From Thermodesulfobacteriota bacterium (lineage in GTDB: Bacteria > Desulfobacterota_D > UBA1144), in assembly GCA_029246845.1 (NCBI GenBank), contig JAQWMJ010000006.1:1-64000 (forward strand): DNA of 64,000 bases, given 5' to 3'. Of the stretch, positions 59,420 through 64,000 are shown in pieces. Each line of letters begins with the position of its first letter. Within the stretch, counting starts at the first letter, position 1. The position numbers and the translations under genes are program-made. Below the pieces are notes generated by a model that ran no database searches, was not told where the DNA came from, and saw only the letters and a program-made list of their open reading frames with translations.

Positions 59420-60094
59420 TTATTTGTTTTCCGACGTTAGCCATTTAAAGAAATTTAATTCAATATCTTTATTCGAAAGCTCTGGGTGCCACTGTAATCC
59501 TAGAATTCTTTTACTTTTGCTTTCAAATGCCTCTATAATTTTATCTTTTGATTGTGCCACAACAATGAGTGATTTCCCTAAAGTGTCAATTGATTGATGG
59601 TGATAGCTATTTACCATGGCTGTTTTATTCTTAAAAGTCTTATAAAGAATCGAGTCTAAATTGATAAAAATCTTATGCATTATTCCATTGGAGTGGTTGA
59701 TGGACTGTGGAACACAAGTTTTTATATCCTGGTGTAGGCTTCCACCTAAGGCAACATTAATTAATTGCATTCCTCCACATATACCTAAAATTTTCTTTTT
59801 TAACTTTATTGCACATTCAAGATATAAGATTTCACTTAGGGTTCTTCTCTTATCTAAGGGATTTATAAGTTTGGATTTTCTTTGACCATAAAAAGACGGG
59901 TCTATGTCTCTGCTCCCAGTAATAATCAAAGAATCTATACATGCTATAATTTTTATAATATTTTTTCTATCTGTTTCCATTGGAAGATAAAAGGGGACTC
60001 CACCAGATTCTATCACTTTTTTGGAATATGCAATTTCAGATTCATAAAATTTACCTTGCACATCGCATGTTATACCGACTATCTTTTTGGTCAT
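59420..60094 (-). CDS. Peptidase C26 / gamma-glutamyl-GABA hydrolase family protein
   Basis: LGICGGMQ, VNSYHHQ, QWHPE. Confidence 0.88.
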   Translation of the reverse strand: MTKKIVGITCDVQGKFYESEIAYSKKVIESGGVPFYLPMETDRKNIIKIIACIDSLIITGSRDIDPSFYGQRKSKLINPLDKRRTLSEILYLECAIKLKKKILGICGGMQLINVALGGSLHQDIKTCVPQSINHSNGIMHKIFINLDSILYKTFKNKTAMVNSYHHQSIDTLGKSLIVVAQSKDKIIEAFESKSKRILGLQWHPELSNKDIELNFFKWLTSENK

Positions 60095-60170
60095 AAATAC
60101 TATTATCTAGTATTTTTAATAGTTTTAAAATTCTTTTATTTTTACTATTTTAATATAAGATTTAAAAATC

Positions 60171-62057
60171 ATGAATTTAAATGAATTTGATGTAATTGTT
60201 GTTGGAGGAGGTCATGCTGGCTGTGAAGCTGCATTATCTTCGGCTAGACTTAAAACTAAAACTCTTCTTCTTACCGCTAACCTTGACACAATAGGCATTA
60301 TGTCTTGTAATCCATCAATAGGTGGAGTCGGAAAAGGTCATCTAGTTAGAGAAATAGATGCTCTTGGTGGTGAAATGGGCAAAGCTGCAGACTTCTCATC
60401 AATACAGTATAGAAGACTAAATACTAAGAAAGGTCCTGCTGTTCAGGCAACAAGAGTTCAAGCAGATAGGAATCTATATAGGGTTCACATGAAGCAGGCC
60501 ATTGAAAACCAAGCAAATTTATTTGTTAAACAAAGACTTATACATTCTCTATTAGAGAAGAATGGTGAAATTATTGGGGTGCAAACTTCTTATGGAGAAA
60601 TATATAGTTGCAAATGTTTAGTTATTACTCCAGGTACTTTTCCAAATGGATTAATTCATGTTGGAACCGAACAAACAAGTGCTGGGAGAGCTGGGGAAGC
60701 CCCAACAACTGAAATTTCCGACTCATTTAAAGAACTTGGTTTAAACGTAGCGAGGCTTAAAACTGGGACACCTCCAAGATTAGACGGGAAAACAATTGAT
60801 TGGTCGAGAACTATCGAACAGCCTGCGGACGAGAATCCTTTGCTTTTTTCTTTTGAAAATTTAGATGTAAGAAACCCACAACTTCCGTGCCACATAACAT
60901 ATACTAACGCCAAGACACACAAGATAATAAAGGATAATCTTCATAGGTCACCAATGTATTCAGGCCAAATTGAGGGCGTAGGTCCGAGATATTGTCCTTC
61001 TATCGAGGACAAAATTGTTAAATTTGCTGACAGAGAAAGACATCAGGTTTTCTTAGAACCGGAAGGGTTAAACACTAAAGAAATATATCCAAATGGAATA
61101 TCTACAAGTCTACCCATAGATGTGCAGATAAAAATTATTAATAGTATAGAAGGCTTAGAGAGTACAGATATAATGAGACCAGGATATGCTGTAGAATATG
61201 ACTATTGTGACCCTCGAGATTTAAGAGCCTCCCTAGAATCCAAAAAAATTAAAAATTTATACATGGCAGGTCAAATAAACGGAACAACAGGCTATGAAGA
61301 AGCTGCCGCCCAAGGACTTATTGCCGGAATCAATAGCTCCCTCAGAGTTCGTGGAACTGACCCTCTAATTCTGAAAAGATCAGAATCTTATATAGGAATT
61401 TTAATAGATGACTTGGTAACACTTGGCGTTGATGAACCTTATAGAATGTTTACCTCGAGAGCAGAACATAGGCTTTTGCTTAGAGATGACAATGCTGACT
61501 TTAGGTTAACTCCTATAGGTTATGAGATTGGATTAATAAAACAGAAAAGGTTTGACTTATTCAATGAAAAGAGGAATTCATTCAATGAGATAATGAAAGA
61601 ACTGAATAACTCAAAGATTGTCCCTAACGAAAAGAATAATACTTTTCTTTCAAAGCTAGGGACTCCTTTATTGAAAAAACCTACCTCTTTTAAAGAAATA
61701 CTCAGAAGGCCTGAAGTTTTTTATGATAGCTTGATTGAGCTGAATACAGGATTAAATAAAATTGATGACAAAATAGTTCAATCATTAATAGAAAATGAAA
61801 TTAAATATGAAGGTTATATTGCTAGACAAAATGCTGGAATTGAGCAGATATCAAAACACCAGGGCATTAAAATTCCATCAAGTTTGAATATTAATGTTAT
61901 ACCGGGCCTATCGAATGAGCTAAAGTCAAAATTGAATAGAATTCAACCAGAAACTATCGGTCAAGCATCTAGAATCTCAGGGATTACTCCTGCGGCCATC
62001 AACATTCTTATGATATATATTAAGAAAGACCAATCTATAAACGAAGTAAAAATCTAA
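60171..62057 (+). CDS. mnmG: tRNA uridine 5-carboxymethylaminomethyl modification enzyme
   Basis: GGGHAG, MSCNPSIGG, GPRYCPSIEDK, GQINGTTGYEEAAAQG. Confidence 0.98.
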   Translation: MNLNEFDVIVVGGGHAGCEAALSSARLKTKTLLLTANLDTIGIMSCNPSIGGVGKGHLVREIDALGGEMGKAADFSSIQYRRLNTKKGPAVQATRVQADRNLYRVHMKQAIENQANLFVKQRLIHSLLEKNGEIIGVQTSYGEIYSCKCLVITPGTFPNGLIHVGTEQTSAGRAGEAPTTEISDSFKELGLNVARLKTGTPPRLDGKTIDWSRTIEQPADENPLLFSFENLDVRNPQLPCHITYTNAKTHKIIKDNLHRSPMYSGQIEGVGPRYCPSIEDKIVKFADRERHQVFLEPEGLNTKEIYPNGISTSLPIDVQIKIINSIEGLESTDIMRPGYAVEYDYCDPRDLRASLESKKIKNLYMAGQINGTTGYEEAAAQGLIAGINSSLRVRGTDPLILKRSESYIGILIDDLVTLGVDEPYRMFTSRAEHRLLLRDDNADFRLTPIGYEIGLIKQKRFDLFNEKRNSFNEIMKELNNSKIVPNEKNNTFLSKLGTPLLKKPTSFKEILRRPEVFYDSLIELNTGLNKIDDKIVQSLIENEIKYEGYIARQNAGIEQISKHQGIKIPSSLNINVIPGLSNELKSKLNRIQPETIGQASRISGITPAAINILMIYIKKDQSINEVKI

Positions 62058-62058
62058 G

Positions 62059-63999
62059 CTATTCTAATATTTTCATCACTTCAGACAAAGTTGAAACCGG
62101 CAAATTGCAGCTATAATCCTTACATATATATATTTCAAATTTATCAGAAATATCTGGCAGAAAACTATCACAATTATTTATAATCTTTTTATAATTATCT
62201 AAATCATTTGAAGTTGAAACATAATAAATTAATTTGTTGTAATGATTAAAATCTCTTAAATAATTTACTGTCTCATTGCTGTAGTCTAACTCCCTACCCG
62301 GATTAACAACAACGATTTGAAGACTATCACTTAAGAGAGTTAAATGGTTTGCTAAGAATTGAGCCAAGTTGATTGGGAACTTTTTAGCCATTTCACCCAA
62401 TTGAAGCGATAGCTTGTTAGCCTTCTCTAATATAATAGGATTGTTACAGTACCCTCCAATTTTAATGAGTCCAAATAAAGCTACCGAATTTCCCGCCGGT
62501 ATGGCCCCATCTAAAAGATTCTTTTGCCTGACAATTACATCTTTAGAACTTTCAGGAGTTGCATAAAATGAACCCTTATCATTATCCCAAAAAAGTTCGA
62601 TCATTTTTTCACAAATATTTCGTCCTGTATCTAACATGGTTGGATCAAGAGTAGCTTCGTATAAATCAACACATGCTTTGGTTAAAAAAGCATAATCATC
62701 AATCATTCCATCAATAGAAGCATGATCACCTCTGAGACAATGAAAAAGAGTAAAGTCTTTTCTTATCATATTGTTCTTTATAAATTCATAACTATTTATA
62801 GCCGAGGACAAATAGTTATCCTGCCTAAAAACAACTGATGATTTTGATAGAGCTGAAATCATCATACTGTTCCAGTCAGTTAATATTTTATCATCTAGAC
62901 TAGGCCTAACTCTTTTATCTCTTGCGCTTTTTAATTTATGCTTAATTCTGTTCGATTCTTCTTTTATTGACTGGTGATCAATTGAAAAAATGGACGAAAA
63001 AGTTTCAAGCTCATCTTTTAAGTAAATTATATTTTTTCCATTTCTGCTTTTAGAAACCTCCTCATTAAAATTTCCATCTTGTTCAATGCTATATAAATGT
63101 TCGAAAAAAGCAGATTCATCTTTCGTCAAAATGCTTCTAATTTCTTCAAGATCCCAAGTATAAAAAGCTCCCTCCTCTCCTTCACTATCTGCATCCTCTG
63201 CTGAAAAAAAGGCTCCTTCTTTAGACCTTAAAACTTCATTAACATATGTATAAATTTCTTCAGCGGTTTCTCTAAACAAATCCTTGGATGATAGGCTATA
63301 AGCTTCTGCAAAAGACTCAAGAATCATGGCCTGATCATAAAGCATCTTTTCAAAATGTGGCACTTGCCATTTAATATCAGTAGAATATCTATGAAAACCA
63401 AAGCCAACATGGTCGAATATTCCACCTAAACGCATGCTAGTCAATGTTTGCTCAACCATTCTCATTGCATCTTTTTGATCAAATAATTTATAAAATTTTG
63501 ACAAGAAAATCATATTTTGTGGACTTGGAAACTTGGGTGCCTCACCAAAACCCCCATGCTTTTCATCATAAAAGTCCTTTATGCTCTCAAATATTTCTTT
63601 TAAATCTTCTTTTTTAACAAAGCTGTCTGGAACATTAGGATTAGAAACTTCTTTTAGGGAATTATATATAGAATCACATGAAGTCAGCACATCTTTTCTT
63701 TTCTCATCCCAAACCTCTTTAACTTTAGGAAGAAATTCACACAATCCAACTGAGCCTTTAGTGGAGTTCTTGGGGAAATATGTTCCCGCAAAAAAGGGGA
63801 TTTTATCGGGTGTCAAAATTACTGTAAGAGGCCACCCTCCACGCTTTGTCATCATTTGACATACAGACATATAAATACTATCCAAATCTGGTCTTTGTTC
63901 CCTATCTACTTTAATTGAAATAAAGTTCTTATTTAGGATTAGAGCAACTTCTTCATCCTCAAAAGACTCTTTTTCCATCACGTGGCACCAATGGCAAGT
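62059..63999 (-). CDS. YyaL/DUF255 thioredoxin-domain protein (5' end outside the window)
   Basis: TCHWCHVMEKESF, KVDREQRPD, GGWPL, PHFEKMLYDQA, EDADSEGEEG. Confidence 0.92.
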   Translation of the reverse strand, partial: TCHWCHVMEKESFEDEEVALILNKNFISIKVDREQRPDLDSIYMSVCQMMTKRGGWPLTVILTPDKIPFFAGTYFPKNSTKGSVGLCEFLPKVKEVWDEKRKDVLTSCDSIYNSLKEVSNPNVPDSFVKKEDLKEIFESIKDFYDEKHGGFGEAPKFPSPQNMIFLSKFYKLFDQKDAMRMVEQTLTSMRLGGIFDHVGFGFHRYSTDIKWQVPHFEKMLYDQAMILESFAEAYSLSSKDLFRETAEEIYTYVNEVLRSKEGAFFSAEDADSEGEEGAFYTWDLEEIRSILTKDESAFFEHLYSIEQDGNFNEEVSKSRNGKNIIYLKDELETFSSIFSIDHQSIKEESNRIKHKLKSARDKRVRPSLDDKILTDWNSMMISALSKSSVVFRQDNYLSSAINSYEFIKNNMIRKDFTLFHCLRGDHASIDGMIDDYAFLTKACVDLYEATLDPTMLDTGRNICEKMIELFWDNDKGSFYATPESSKDVIVRQKNLLDGAIPAGNSVALFGLIKIGGYCNNPIILEKANKLSLQLGEMAKKFPINLAQFLANHLTLLSDSLQIVVVNPGRELDYSNETVNYLRDFNHYNKLIYYVSTSNDLDNYKKIINNCDSFLPDISDKFEIYICKDYSCNLPVSTLSEVMKILE

Positions 64000-64000
64000 T

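Noticed and set aside
59420..60094. Second C26 hydrolase as part of the phosphoramidate pathway
   Set aside because: Far from the cluster, generic PuuD-like, and lacks the Cj1417-type N-terminal motif.
4181..63859. Numerous short antisense or nested ORFs in the six-frame track
   Set aside because: They are shadows of well-supported genes, with no motifs or start signals.

Overview
AT-rich, densely packed bacterial chromosome segment with many overlapping or convergent gene ends. It looks like a streamlined aerobic bacterium of deltaproteobacteria-like ancestry; marine Dadabacteria are a plausible but unverified guess. Most of the window is housekeeping: rpoH, alaS, rplU/rpmA, lnt, hisC/D/Z, an A2-type caa3 oxidase operon, tyrS, nadE, truA, leuB, mfd, gcvTHP, thrS-infC-rpmI-rplT, purC/purA, serA, tatC, uvrA, mnmG, three tRNAs and RNase P RNA. 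Four things stand out. (1) The unannotated region 56055-56360, upstream of a rhodanese-SufU-nitroreductase-like gene set, holds on the minus strand a promoter, a SAM-II-like riboswitch, a strong hairpin and a 29-aa leader ORF with two CCC runs, which suggests a two-input SAM + cysteine sensor. (2) A Campylobacter-type phosphoramidate cluster (Cj1418/1417/1416-like) with a fused glutamine kinase begins right after tRNA-Asn. (3) Eleven genes have a TANNNT -10 box exactly 6 nt before the start codon, pointing to widespread leaderless mRNAs. (4) infC starts at a non-canonical ATA overlapping the thrS stop. All calls are by eye; no database searches were run.
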